From: an uncultured Acidobacteriota bacterium
Lineage (GTDB): Bacteria > Acidobacteriota > Polarisedimenticolia > J045
Direction of reading: 5' to 3'
NCBI GenBank assembly: GCA_963702425.1
Contig: CAVPCQ010000011.1
Span: forward strand, 192,001-256,000
DNA length: 64,000 bases
The notes beneath the pieces were generated by a model that had not been told where the DNA came from, did no database searches, and saw only the letters and a program-made list of their open reading frames with translations. The position numbers and the translations under genes were made by a program. Shown here piece after piece: positions 9,846-20,300 of the stretch (the first letter of the stretch is position 1; the number at the start of each line of letters is the position of its first letter).

Positions 9846-10139
9846 ATGGGCCGTGACGTGATCTCCGCGGCGGAGGTGCGCCGGATCGCTGCTCTGGCGC
9901 GGCTCGCGTTGACCGAGGACGAGGTCCGCGGCCTGGCGCGCGACCTATCGGCGATCCTCGACTACGTGGTGCTCCTCGACGCGCTCGAGCTGCCGGAGGG
10001 CGCGCCGCTCCCTTTCTCCGGTCCCGCTGCCACCCGATCCGACCTCCCCGCCGCGTCGCTCGACGAGCGGTCGGCGCTGGCCGGCGCGCCCATGGTCGCG
10101 CGCGGCCATTTCATCGTCCCCCGCGTGGTCGGACCGTGA
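9846..10139 (+). CDS. gatC: Asp-tRNA(Asn)/Glu-tRNA(Gln) amidotransferase subunit C
   Basis: ISAAEVRRIAALARL..ILDYV..L, ends F.VPRVV; 4-bp overlap with gatA. Confidence 0.92.
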   Translation: MGRDVISAAEVRRIAALARLALTEDEVRGLARDLSAILDYVVLLDALELPEGAPLPFSGPAATRSDLPAASLDERSALAGAPMVARGHFIVPRVVGP

Positions 10140-11596
10140 GCGCCGCGGCGCGCCCGAGCGCGCGCTCGATCGCGGCTGCGGTACGCGCGGGAGAGTTGAC
10201 GGCCGAGGAGTCGGTGGGCCGCGCGCTGGCGGCGATCGAGCGCCGGGCGGGGCTGCACGCCTTCCTCGCGGTCGACCGCGACGGCGCGATGGAGGAGGCC
10301 CGCGCCCAGGACCGCCGACGCACCGCCGGCCTTGCTCCGGGGCCGCTCGCCGGAGTGCCGCTGGCAGTGAAGGACAACCTCTGCACGCGCGGGCTCCCGA
10401 CGACGTGCGGCTCGCGCATCCTCGAAGGCTTCGTGCCGCCCTACGACGCGACCGCGGTCGAGCGGCTGATCGCCGCCGGGGCGATCGTCGTCGGCAAGAC
10501 CAACTGCGACGAGTTCGGGATGGGCTCGTCGAACGAGAACTCGGCCTTCGGCCCGGTCGCGCATCCCGCGGACCCCGAACGGGTGCCGGGTGGGTCGTCG
10601 GGCGGGTCCGCGGCCGCGGTCGCCGCCGGCCTCGTCCCGCTGGCGCTCGGGAGCGACACCGGCGGCTCGGTCCGCCAGCCGGCGAGCTTCTGCGGCATCG
10701 TCGGGCTGAAGCCGACCTACGGCCGCGTGTCGCGTTGGGGGCTCGCCGCGTTCGCGTCGTCGCTCGACCAGGTCGGGCCACTCGCGAGTGACGTCCGCGA
10801 CGCCGCGCTGGCGCTCTCGCTGATGGCGGGCGCGGACGGACGCGATGCGACCGCCTCGCCCGCGCCGGTCCCCGACTATCTCGCGGCGCTCGAGGACAGC
10901 CCGCGCGGACTGCGCGTCGGCCTGCTGCGCCGACTGGCCGAGAGCGAGGGGACCGAGGCGGCAGTGCGCGAGGCGGTGCTGGGGGCGGCGGCGGCGCTGG
11001 CCGCGGACGGCGCGCTGGTCGAGGAGGCGGAGTTCGCGCTCGCCGCCTACGGCGTCCCGATCTACGCCCTCGTCGCCACCGCCGAGGCCTCGTCCAACCT
11101 GGCCCGCTACGACGGCGTCCGCTTCGGCCGCCGCGCGGAGGGCGCCACGGATGCCCGCGGCATGATCGAGTCGTCGCGCGGTGACGGGTTCGGACCGGAG
11201 GTCAAGCGGCGGATCATGCTCGGGACCTTCGCGCTCTCGGCGGGGTACTACGACGCGTACTACGGCCGTGCGATGCAGGCCCGCGCGCGGCTCGCCGCAG
11301 AACTGGACGCGCTCCTCGCGCGTTTCGACGTCCTGCTGCTTCCGACCAGTCCCGGCGTGGCGTTCCGGCGCGGCGAGCGGCTGGACGACCCACTGGCGAT
11401 GTACCTCTCGGACGTCTTCACCGTCGCCGCCAACCTCGGCGGTCACCCGGCGATCTCGATCCCCGGGCCGCGCACCTCGCCCGGGCTTCCGGTCGGCGTG
11501 CAGCTCATCGCGCGCCGCTTCGACGAGCCGACGCTCTTCCGCGCCGCGCTGGCGCTCGAGGAGCGGGGTTTCGCCGCGGCCGCCGACGTCCACTAG
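10136..11596 (+). CDS. gatA: Asp-tRNA(Asn)/Glu-tRNA(Gln) amidotransferase subunit A
   Basis: Amidase signature VKDN, GKTNCDEFGMGSS, PGGSSGGS, GSDTGGSVRQPA; GatA-specific SSNLARYDG, GFGPEVKRRIMLG, MYLSD. Confidence 0.96.
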   Translation: MSAAARPSARSIAAAVRAGELTAEESVGRALAAIERRAGLHAFLAVDRDGAMEEARAQDRRRTAGLAPGPLAGVPLAVKDNLCTRGLPTTCGSRILEGFVPPYDATAVERLIAAGAIVVGKTNCDEFGMGSSNENSAFGPVAHPADPERVPGGSSGGSAAAVAAGLVPLALGSDTGGSVRQPASFCGIVGLKPTYGRVSRWGLAAFASSLDQVGPLASDVRDAALALSLMAGADGRDATASPAPVPDYLAALEDSPRGLRVGLLRRLAESEGTEAAVREAVLGAAAALAADGALVEEAEFALAAYGVPIYALVATAEASSNLARYDGVRFGRRAEGATDARGMIESSRGDGFGPEVKRRIMLGTFALSAGYYDAYYGRAMQARARLAAELDALLARFDVLLLPTSPGVAFRRGERLDDPLAMYLSDVFTVAANLGGHPAISIPGPRTSPGLPVGVQLIARRFDEPTLFRAALALEERGFAAAADVH

Positions 11597-13438
11597 GTGA
11601 AGCCCGCCGCCCTGCTCGCGTTCCTCTTCGCGGTGGCGCTCGCAGCCGCCGCGCCCGTGGTCTCGCACGCCGCACCGTTCACGCCCACGGCGCCGCCCGC
11701 GCCGATGGACGACGACGAGCCGGGCAGCGGCGACGGGGAGAACGGCGTCGACGAGGAGGAGGACGAGATCGAGCGCGGCCTGGCCGACGCGCTCGAGATC
11801 GAGCCCGGCGTCCGGGTGCTCGTGCAGAGCGGCCGCGACCTCGCGCTCTCCGTGGAGCCCGACGAGGGGGACGACTACGGCTCGCTCGCGGCGCGCTTCG
11901 CCGGCGCGGCGAGCCTCGCCTCGCCGCTGCGGGAAGCGAACGGCGACGCGCCGATCGTCCCGGACCGCGCGATCGAGATCCCCTGGAAGCTGCTGCGCAA
12001 CGAGTACCGCTACCTCGCTCTGCGCACGCTGTTCCCGCGCGATGCCTTCCGGGATGGTGCCTGGGAACACGACCCGGCGCAGGCGCGCGCGCTCGTCTAC
12101 CACGTCGGGTTGTGGCAGGTGGCAGACTGGTTCACGGGCAAGGGGGAGAACTGGCAGGAGATCGCCCGGTTCAACGGCTTCACGGGCCCGGATGTGCCCC
12201 CCGGCCGGGTGGTGCGGATCCCGGCGCCGATGCTGCTCGCCCCCTACCGGCCGGCCGTCGGATCGGTCGGCGGCGTGCTGGCCTACGGCGAGGACGCGGC
12301 GGGGCCGTACGCCGAGTACACGCTGCAGAAGGGCGAAGCGCTCTACTCCGCGGTGATCATCCGCTTCACCGGGCTGCTGCACCCGACCGCCGTGCTCGAG
12401 GCCGCCGAAGCGGTCGCGAAGCGCAGCGGCATCACCGACGTTACGAAGATGCCGACCGGGCAGAAGCTCAAGATCCCGCTGGAGCTGGTGGCGACCTCCT
12501 ACCTCCCGGAGAACGAACCCCGGCGCGTCGCGGCCACGCTCGATGAGCGGGAGCTCGAGGCCGCACCGCTTCCGGCGCTGCCCCGCTCGCTGAAGGGGGT
12601 CCACGTGCTGCTGGATCCGGGACACGGCGGCGCCGACATCGGCGCGCGCAGCGGCCGGCACGGGATCTGGGAGAGCGACTACGTCTACGACATGACTTGC
12701 CGCGTCGGCCGCCTGCTGGCGAAGGAGCCGGGGGTGACCGTCCACTACCTCGTGAGGGACGGCAAGATGGCGTGCCGGGTGCAGGACGCGCGAAAGCTGC
12801 CGATGAACAGGAAGCGCGTCGTCGCCACCCATCCGGCGCACCTCAACCAGCCCGGCGCGTCGACGAAGGCCGGCGTGAACCTGCGCTGGTACCTCGCCAA
12901 CTCGATCTACCGTGAGCTGCGGCGCCAGGGTGTCTCCCCGGAGAGCGTCGTCTTTCTCAGCCTGCACGCGGATTCGCTGCACCGGGACCTATCGGGCGCG
13001 ATGGTCTATGTCCCGGGCGAGCGCTATCGCCGCGGCTCCTACGGCGTGCGCGGCGAGAGCTACGCCCGCTACGCCGAATGGCGGGAGGCCCCTTCCGTGA
13101 GCTTCTCGCGGGCCGAGCGGCTGCGCGACGAGAAGCTGTCGACGAAGCTGGCGCAGGCGATCCTCGACGGCTATCGCGCGGAGAAGCTGCCGGTGCACGA
13201 CGACGAGCCGATCCGCGACCACATCGTGCGCGGCGTGGGCGGCCGGCGCAGGGTTTTCGTGCCGGCGGTGCTGCGTGGGACGGAGGTGCCGGCCAAGGTG
13301 CTGCTCGAAACGGTCAACATCAACAATCCGACCGACGCCGCCCTGCTGGCCGGCTCCGCCGGCCGCGAGCGGATGGCGCGGGCGGTCGTGCGCGGCGTGC
13401 GCGGCTACTTCGGCGGAAAACGGGGACAGCAACCGTAA
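11597..13438 (+). CDS. N-acetylmuramoyl-L-alanine amidase (Amidase_3) with N-terminal LysM-like domains
   Basis: Signal peptide; LysM-like YTLQKGEALY...GQKLKIP; Zn/catalytic residues LDPGHGG, WES, SLHAD, LLE. Confidence 0.85.
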   Translation: MKPAALLAFLFAVALAAAAPVVSHAAPFTPTAPPAPMDDDEPGSGDGENGVDEEEDEIERGLADALEIEPGVRVLVQSGRDLALSVEPDEGDDYGSLAARFAGAASLASPLREANGDAPIVPDRAIEIPWKLLRNEYRYLALRTLFPRDAFRDGAWEHDPAQARALVYHVGLWQVADWFTGKGENWQEIARFNGFTGPDVPPGRVVRIPAPMLLAPYRPAVGSVGGVLAYGEDAAGPYAEYTLQKGEALYSAVIIRFTGLLHPTAVLEAAEAVAKRSGITDVTKMPTGQKLKIPLELVATSYLPENEPRRVAATLDERELEAAPLPALPRSLKGVHVLLDPGHGGADIGARSGRHGIWESDYVYDMTCRVGRLLAKEPGVTVHYLVRDGKMACRVQDARKLPMNRKRVVATHPAHLNQPGASTKAGVNLRWYLANSIYRELRRQGVSPESVVFLSLHADSLHRDLSGAMVYVPGERYRRGSYGVRGESYARYAEWREAPSVSFSRAERLRDEKLSTKLAQAILDGYRAEKLPVHDDEPIRDHIVRGVGGRRRVFVPAVLRGTEVPAKVLLETVNINNPTDAALLAGSAGRERMARAVVRGVRGYFGGKRGQQP

Positions 13439-13514
13439 GTCGGTTCGTCGGCAGCAAGGCCCGGATCGTCAGGTCTTCGCATGCGACCGACTGACGGGCT
13501 TACGGTTGCTGTCC
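13424..13514. repeat. 91-bp palindromic element with perfect 16-bp terminal inverted repeats (REP/MITE-like)
   Basis: GGACAGCAACCGTAAG (13424-13439) and its exact reverse complement CTTACGGTTGCTGTCC (13499-13514); interior partly self-complementary. Confidence 0.75.
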
Positions 13515-13601
13515 GCCTTGGGGGCGGAGCGCGGGTCCGCGTGGCATCCTTTCCCGCTCCACGGCGCCAGGCGCCGTGCCCCTGCCGGATCGAGGTCCTC
13601 G

Positions 13602-16600
13602 ATGATCGCCCCCGCGAGCCGCTCTGCGCGGCCGCTCCCGCTGATTCGCATCGCCCTCTTCACCGCACTCCTCGCGGGACTCGCCGGTCCGACCGCGCCG
13701 CGGGCCGCTGCCGCATCCGACACCCCCTCGGCCCCCCCCTGCTTCGAGGACTGGTGGCGGGCGCGCCTCGCCGCCGCGTCGCGTGCCGCGACCTCTCCTG
13801 AGACCGCACCGCAGGCGCTCTTTGCCGTGCGCCTGGTCAACGATCTCGCGCGCACCGCGACCGACCTCGCCCCGGTCCTCGAGGCGATGGACCAGCTGCG
13901 CGGGACGGTCGCACCCGAGGATCCGCTCGTGGCCGCCGAAATCGACGCCATCCTGCTGCAGGGCGACCTGGCAGCCGGGCACCGCGACGCGGCGGCCAAG
14001 CGCGCCGGCCGGCTCGGTCTCGTGACCGATTGGCGACTCGCCGGCCCCTTCTCCGCGGGAGAGGAGCCGGCTGCCGGCGACGCCCTGCTGCGCGACGCAT
14101 CGGGAGCCGGGTGGCGGACCTTCGCCGCCGGTCCGGACGGTGCCGTGCCGCTGGCGCTCGTGATGGATCCGGCCGAGAAGACGACCGCCTTCGTGTCCTT
14201 CTACCTGTACGCGACGCGGCCGGCCGAGGTCGCGATCCGGTTCGGCGCGGACGACCGGGCCGAGCTCTCGGTCGATGGGGCCGCAGTGCTGCAGCCGGAG
14301 GGGCGCCACGACCTCTCGTTCGACCAGCACGCTGCATTCGTTCGCCTCGTCGCCGGTTGGCACCGCGCGACCTTCCGCGTCGAGCAGGAATCTGGCCCCT
14401 GGGGGCTCGTCGCGCGCGTCACCGCACCCGACGGGGGAGCCCTGCCCGCCGGCGTGTCGCTCGCCCTGCCGGCCGATCTCGCGGCAGCCGAGCGCGAGAT
14501 CGCCGCGCGGGGCGCGGCACCGGAAACGACGCGCGGCCGGACCCTTCCCGCGACGTTCGAGGCGCTCGCCCGAGGGGGGAGTCCGGCGGCGCTTGCGCAG
14601 CAGGCGCTGGACCTCGAGGCGCGGCGGCTCCCCGACCGCCAGAGCGACAGCGCGCTGACGCTCGCGCGCCAAGCCTCGGCCGAGCGGCCGAACGACCTCG
14701 AGACGCAGCTCGTGCTCCACGACGTGGAGCGCGACCCCGCGCGGCAACGCGCGGCGCTCGACCGCGCGCTCGCGATCGACCCCTCTCACCCGTCCGCGCT
14801 GCGCCTGCTCGCGCAGTACTACCTCGCCTTCGGCCAGGACGACGTCTCGCGCGCCACCGCCCAGCGTGCGCTCGACGCCTGCGGGCGCCCGGACCCGTAC
14901 CTCCTGGGCTGGGTGGCGGTCGCCGAGAACGCGCGCGGCTTTCCCGGCGGCGCGCTGGCCGAGCTCGAGCGCCTGACGCGGCAGTCCCCGACCCAGCAGG
15001 TCCTGCTCGACCGCCTGGCCGCAGTGGCGCGGCGCGCGGGGCAGCCGGAGACGGCACGGCGCGCCTGGCAGCAGTACCTCGCGCTGCAGCCCGCGAGCGA
15101 CGAGGTGCGGATGGCGCTGCTGCAGCTCGAACTGGACGCGGGCCGGGCCGCCGCGGCGCTGGCACTGGCGGACGGCGCGATCGCGCTCGACCCGGCGGCG
15201 GTGCCGTGGTACGCCCAGCGGGCGCGGCTGCTGCTGGCCGACCGCCAGCCGGAGGCGGCGCTGGAAGCCGCGAAGCGCGGCCTCGCGATCGGACCCGCCG
15301 ATCCCGAGCTGCTGATCCTCGAAGGGGAGGCACGCCTGGCGCTCGGCGACGGCCCGGGAGCCGCCGCGGCGTGGCAGGCGGCGGCGAAGGCGCTCGAGCA
15401 GGACCTCGGGCTGGCCGAGCGGATCGCCGCGGTCACCGGGATCGACGAGAGCTTCGGGACCGAGTGGACGAAGACGCTCGACGAAGCCCGTGCCATCGAG
15501 CGCGAGCGCCCGCTCGAGGGCGACCCGGCGCTCGTCGTGCTCTCCTCCACCGCCGCCTTCCGCGTGCGCGAGGACGGCCAGGCGATCCGCTTCAAACAGG
15601 AGATCCTGCGGATCCGTCACCCCGAGCAGGCGCAGTCCGCGCGCCAGCACCAGTTCGCCTACTCGCCGATGCTCCAGCGGGCGACGGTCCTCGAGGCGCG
15701 GCTGGTGCGCCGCGACGGCTCGGTCCTGATCGCCGGCCGCTCCGAACAGCCGTTGCTCCCCGACCCCGAGCTGCGGATGTGGTACGACACGCGCCTGATC
15801 ACGCTCACCTTCCCGCGGCTCGAGGAGGGCGACCTGATCGAGGTCCGCTACCGGATCGCCGACCGCGGCACCGCCAACCCGATCGGCGCGGGCTACTTCG
15901 GCGAGATCGAGGTCCTGGGCCAGACGGTGCCGGTGCTCGCCGCGCGGATGGTCGTCGACGCCGCGCTCTCCCTGCCGGTCCGGCACCAGCTGCTGCACCT
16001 GCCGGCCGAGCCGCGCCTCGCGACCGAGACGCGGGGCGACCGCGCGCTGACCGTGATCGACCTGCCGCCGCTGCCGGCGTACCTCAGCCTCGCCGGCGCG
16101 CCGCCGGTCGTCACCCGCGTCCCCTACGCCGTGCTCGGCAGCGCGGCCGACTGGAACGCGCTCGGGCGGATGTACGCCGCGCTGATCGAGAAGCAGACCG
16201 TGCCCGACGCCGACGTGAAGGCCGCCGTGGCGGAGGCGATCGCCGGGGCGAAGACTCGGCGCGACAGGATCGACGCGGTCTACGCCTGGGTGATCGAGAA
16301 CACGCGCTACGTCGCGCTGGAGTTCGGGATCCACGCGCTCAAGCCCTACGACGTGCCCTCGGTCTTCCGCCGCCGCTTCGGCGACTGCAAGGACAAGGCG
16401 ACGCTGATGGTGGCGATGCTGCGCGAGGCCGGCATCCCCGCGAACGTGGTGGCGATCCGCACGGCCGACCTCGGGATTCCCGACACCACGGTCCCGACCT
16501 TCGCCCATTTCAATCACGCGATCGTCTACGTCCCGGAGATCGACCTGTACCTCGACGGCACCGTGCTGCACCACGGGCCGACGGAGACGCCGCGGCTGGA

Positions 16601-17315
16601 CCTCGGCGCCCTGGCGATGATCGTCGACGGGTCGAACGGGGGCAGCGGCCGGTTGGTGACGACGCCGAAGCCGCAGCTGACGAGCGCCGAGACGGTGTAC
16701 ACCCAGGTGGCGACGCTGACCGAGTCGGGCGCGGCGACCGTTCGCGCCGAGGTCTTGGCCTCCGGCGAGAGCGCGGCCGAGGAGCGAACCTACTTCGGCG
16801 CGGCCGACGATCGCGGCGCCGTGCTGACGTCGCGGCTGCGCCGGATCTACCCCGAGATCTCCGTCACCGAGTCCCGCTTCGGACCGATGGGGCTGTTCGA
16901 CACGCCGCTGACCTATTCCTTCAGGGCCCGGATCGGCCGGTTCGCGCTGCGCGAAGGGAGCCTGCTCCGCGCGCCGCTCTCGGTCTTCCCGATCGGCCTG
17001 CCGGTCGAGCCGGTCTCCGCCGGGCGCGAGGTCCCGCTCGAACTCCCCCGCCCGTACCGGATGTCGAGCGAGACGACCTTCGAGATCCCCGGCGGCTTCC
17101 GGGTCCAGGACGCGCCCCGCGCCGGGAAGATCGAGACCGCCTGGGGTGCGGTCGCGCTCGAGTCCGACCGTTCCCGCGGCACGCTGCGCGTGCGTGCCAG
17201 CCTCGAGTGGCGCGGCGGCGAGGTCGCCGTCGCGGACCTGGCCGCCTTCTCCACCTTCGTCGAGCAGGCCCGGCAGCTGCTCTCGCAACCGGTCGTGCTG
17301 GAGGTGGCCCCGTGA
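13602..17315 (+). CDS. secreted TPR / DUF3857 / transglutaminase-like protein, catalytic triad intact
   Basis: ATG 13602 and signal peptide; beta domain (VTDWRLAGPF...FGADD); TPR array; DUF3857 (FPRLEEGDLIEVRY); TGase core RYVALEFG, FGDCKDKA, FNHAI, YLD. Confidence 0.88.
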   Translation: MIAPASRSARPLPLIRIALFTALLAGLAGPTAPRAAAASDTPSAPPCFEDWWRARLAAASRAATSPETAPQALFAVRLVNDLARTATDLAPVLEAMDQLRGTVAPEDPLVAAEIDAILLQGDLAAGHRDAAAKRAGRLGLVTDWRLAGPFSAGEEPAAGDALLRDASGAGWRTFAAGPDGAVPLALVMDPAEKTTAFVSFYLYATRPAEVAIRFGADDRAELSVDGAAVLQPEGRHDLSFDQHAAFVRLVAGWHRATFRVEQESGPWGLVARVTAPDGGALPAGVSLALPADLAAAEREIAARGAAPETTRGRTLPATFEALARGGSPAALAQQALDLEARRLPDRQSDSALTLARQASAERPNDLETQLVLHDVERDPARQRAALDRALAIDPSHPSALRLLAQYYLAFGQDDVSRATAQRALDACGRPDPYLLGWVAVAENARGFPGGALAELERLTRQSPTQQVLLDRLAAVARRAGQPETARRAWQQYLALQPASDEVRMALLQLELDAGRAAAALALADGAIALDPAAVPWYAQRARLLLADRQPEAALEAAKRGLAIGPADPELLILEGEARLALGDGPGAAAAWQAAAKALEQDLGLAERIAAVTGIDESFGTEWTKTLDEARAIERERPLEGDPALVVLSSTAAFRVREDGQAIRFKQEILRIRHPEQAQSARQHQFAYSPMLQRATVLEARLVRRDGSVLIAGRSEQPLLPDPELRMWYDTRLITLTFPRLEEGDLIEVRYRIADRGTANPIGAGYFGEIEVLGQTVPVLAARMVVDAALSLPVRHQLLHLPAEPRLATETRGDRALTVIDLPPLPAYLSLAGAPPVVTRVPYAVLGSAADWNALGRMYAALIEKQTVPDADVKAAVAEAIAGAKTRRDRIDAVYAWVIENTRYVALEFGIHALKPYDVPSVFRRRFGDCKDKATLMVAMLREAGIPANVVAIRTADLGIPDTTVPTFAHFNHAIVYVPEIDLYLDGTVLHHGPTETPRLDLGALAMIVDGSNGGSGRLVTTPKPQLTSAETVYTQVATLTESGAATVRAEVLASGESAAEERTYFGAADDRGAVLTSRLRRIYPEISVTESRFGPMGLFDTPLTYSFRARIGRFALREGSLLRAPLSVFPIGLPVEPVSAGREVPLELPRPYRMSSETTFEIPGGFRVQDAPRAGKIETAWGAVALESDRSRGTLRVRASLEWRGGEVAVADLAAFSTFVEQARQLLSQPVVLEVAP

Positions 17316-20300
17316 ACCGCCCAACGCTTGCCGCGGTGCTCGCCGCCGCCGCGCTCGGCCTGGGCGCGGCCCCGCCGAAACCGGCCGTGCCGCCCACCGC
17401 AAGACCGGCCGCAAAACCGGCCGCGAAACCGGCCGCGAAACCCGCCGGAGGAGCGCCGGCGCGAGCGGCCGGCAGGCCGGTCGCGAAGCCCGCGCTCCCC
17501 GACGGCTGGCCACTCGCGCTCGCCGGGAAGGACGCGGAAGCCGAGCAGGCATTCATCAAGCGGCTCGCCGCCGACCCCGCGCAGCTGGAGAGCGCGATCG
17601 GCCTGGCGGCGCTCCTCGAAGGGCGGGGTGATCCCGGCGGCGCGATCGCCGTCCTGGCGCGCTCGCTCGAGCGGTCCTCTGCTTCCCCGCTTGCCCCGGG
17701 CGCCTTCGCCCGGCTGATGGGCGTGAGCTCCCACGCTCCGGACGGGGGCGCCGGTGCGATCCCGCTCCTCTCGGGCGTGGTCGCGGGAGAGACCGCTGTC
17801 ACGGATCCGGAGGTCCGATCGCTCGCCGTGCTGGCGCTGGCCGATACGCTCGCGCGAAACGGCGAGCTGATCCCGGCGCAGGAGATGCTGCAGGGCTACG
17901 GCGGCCGCCTGACGCGCTGGACGCTGGTCGGGCCCTACGGGAAGTTCGAGCGCCTGGACCTGTACCGGGAGTCCCCGCCCGACACAGGGGACCTCGATCC
18001 GGCGAACGACCCCGCGGGCCCGGACGGCCGGCCGCCGATCCGCGTCGAAGCCTCTTTCCCCGACGGCCGGGTCATGATCCCGGAGTCCTTCGGCGAGGAC
18101 GGCATCGTCTTCGCGATCGCCGACGTCGTCGTCGACAAGCCGGTGATGCTGCGGCTGCGGGTGCTGGCGCCGGGCTCGCTGGCGGTGAGCGTGGACGGCC
18201 GGCGCGCGCTGGTCGCTGACCGAGCGCGCGAGCGGCAGCCGATCGCGATCGGGGCCAGAGTCGCGTTCTCGCCCGGCCGGCACCGGATCGCGGTCAAGGT
18301 CGCGCTCGACGGGAGCGCTTCCTTCGCGCTCAGCCTCGAGCCGCTCGACGCGGCAACCGCACGCACCGCGCGCGGGCTGTGGCACGAGGTGCCGCTCGAC
18401 GGAAAACCCGACGGAAGCGTGCGGATCGAGCCGCTGCCCGTCACTGCCGACGCGCTGCCAGCCGACCTCTCGACGCTGGCCCCGCCGGCGCTGCTCGCCG
18501 ACGCCTGGTGGATGCGTTCGCGCCGGCTCGAGCGCAGCGCGGGGGCACTGCTCGAGGCCGCGCACGCCGCCTACCCCGAGGCCCGCCTGTTCACGGTCCT
18601 GCTGGCCGATCACCTGCGGGCCGCGGAGACGGGCGCCGACCCGGCCAAGGACCTCGCGCGCGCGCGGGCCCTGCTCGAAGAGGCGGTCCAGGGCGAGGGA
18701 AAGGAGTGGATCACGGCGCGGGTCTCGCTGGCCCGGCACGACGAGGACGCCAACCGACTGACGGAAGCCTGGCAGGCCTCGGAGGCGATCCTGGCCGACG
18801 CCCCGAACGACCCCGACGCGCTCTTCCTGCAGTACCGGATCGCAGCCCGCCGCAACTGGCGGGCCGAGGCCGACGACCGGATTGAGCGCGCGCGGGCCGC
18901 CGCGCCCGGGCGGAACGACCTGCTCGACGCGTCGATCGACTGGTACGGGCGCAGCGGCGCCGCGACCCGTCTCGTCCCGGCGGTCGAAGAACGGAACCGC
19001 CGCGATCTCTACGATGAGCGGTGGGCGCTGCTGCTCGCCGCCTCGGGACAGACCGACGCGGCGCGCTCCGCCTGGGAGCGACTGCTCGCGGCGCGCCCCA
19101 CCGCGCCCGGCGCCTGGCTGGGCCTGGCGCGGCTCGAGGCCGACGCCGGACGGCCGGACGCGGCGCTGGCGGCGATCGATCGTGGGATCGCGGTGCTGCC
19201 GCGCGAGACCGCGCTGTACGAGGCGCGCGCGGGGCTGCTGGCGCAGCTCGGACGCGAGCACGAAGCGACGGCGGCGCTGGCCCTCGTGCTCGACCTGCAG
19301 CCCGGACGGCTCGAGGTCCGCGAGGCGCTGCGCCAGCGCGGTGTCGTGGACCCGCTGTCACCCTGGATGGTCGACGCCAAGGAGGTCATCCGCACCGCCG
19401 AGAAGCCCGGACCGGGCGTCGACGCGGCGCTGCTGGGCGACCTGGCGACCGTGCTGATCGACCGCGAAGGGGGCCAGACCGAACTTTACCAGGGGATCCA
19501 CGGGGTCTACACGCGGGCCGGCGTCGACAGCGAGGGCGAGCTGGAGGTGCTGCCGAACGCGCGGATCCAGGGCCTGCGCCTGCACAAGGCCGACGGCCGG
19601 GTCGTCGACGTCGACCCCGGGACCAAGCGGCCGATCAGCCTGCCTGGGCTCGAGCCCGGCGACTTCATCGAGTATTCGTGGCGCCGCTACACCCCGCCCT
19701 CGGGCTTCGTGCCCGGCGCGCTCGACAACCGCTCCGTTTTCGTCTTCCAGGGCCCGGACCGTGACTTCGTCCTCTCGCGCTACGTCGTGATGCACGACCC
19801 GGCGCTCCCGGTCCAGATCTGCGGCCACCAGGCCGGGCTGACGACGACGGACGAGGTCAAGGACGGGCTGCGGGTCCGGACCTGGACCGCGCGCAAGGTG
19901 CCGCAGCTCCGTCCCGAGCCGCACATCGCGGACCCGACCGCCGTCATCCCCAACGTGAAGCTGGGACTCAACGCGAGCTGGGCCGACATCGGCGACCTCG
20001 TGAAGAGCGCAATCGCGGGCTCGTTGCTCCCGGACGCACCCCTGCCCGAAATGGCGGCGGAGATCCGCCGGCGCGCCGGCGGCAAGGACCCCGAGGCGCT
20101 GGCGCGTGCGCTCCACGCGGTCGTCTCCGCGCGGACCCGTCCCGGGTCCGCGCCGCTGGGACTCGGAACCCCGGCCTCGATGTCGGCCTCGGCCGGCGAG
20201 GGGAACCGCGTCACGGTCGCGCTGGCGCTGGCGCAGATGGTCGGACTCGAGGCCCGCCTGCTCCTGGCACGGCCGCTCGAATTGCGCGGCACGTCGATGG

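Noticed and set aside
9846-11596. gatCA without gatB as a novel amidase system
   Set aside because: GatA and GatC look canonical, and gatB is often located elsewhere.
13424-13514. SRP (4.5S) RNA interpretation of the hairpin
   Set aside because: TCAGG and GCAGC are present but in the wrong order, without the GNRA-capped domain IV.
13542-13557. Sigma-54 promoter before the transglutaminase pair (TGGCATCCTTTCCCGC)
   Set aside because: GG-to-GC spacing is 11 rather than the required 10.
14030-17311. N-terminal 1094 aa of the called 2374-aa ORF
   Set aside because: Arg/Gly/Pro-rich off-frame read-through of the first transglutaminase gene; the real gene starts at GTG 17312.
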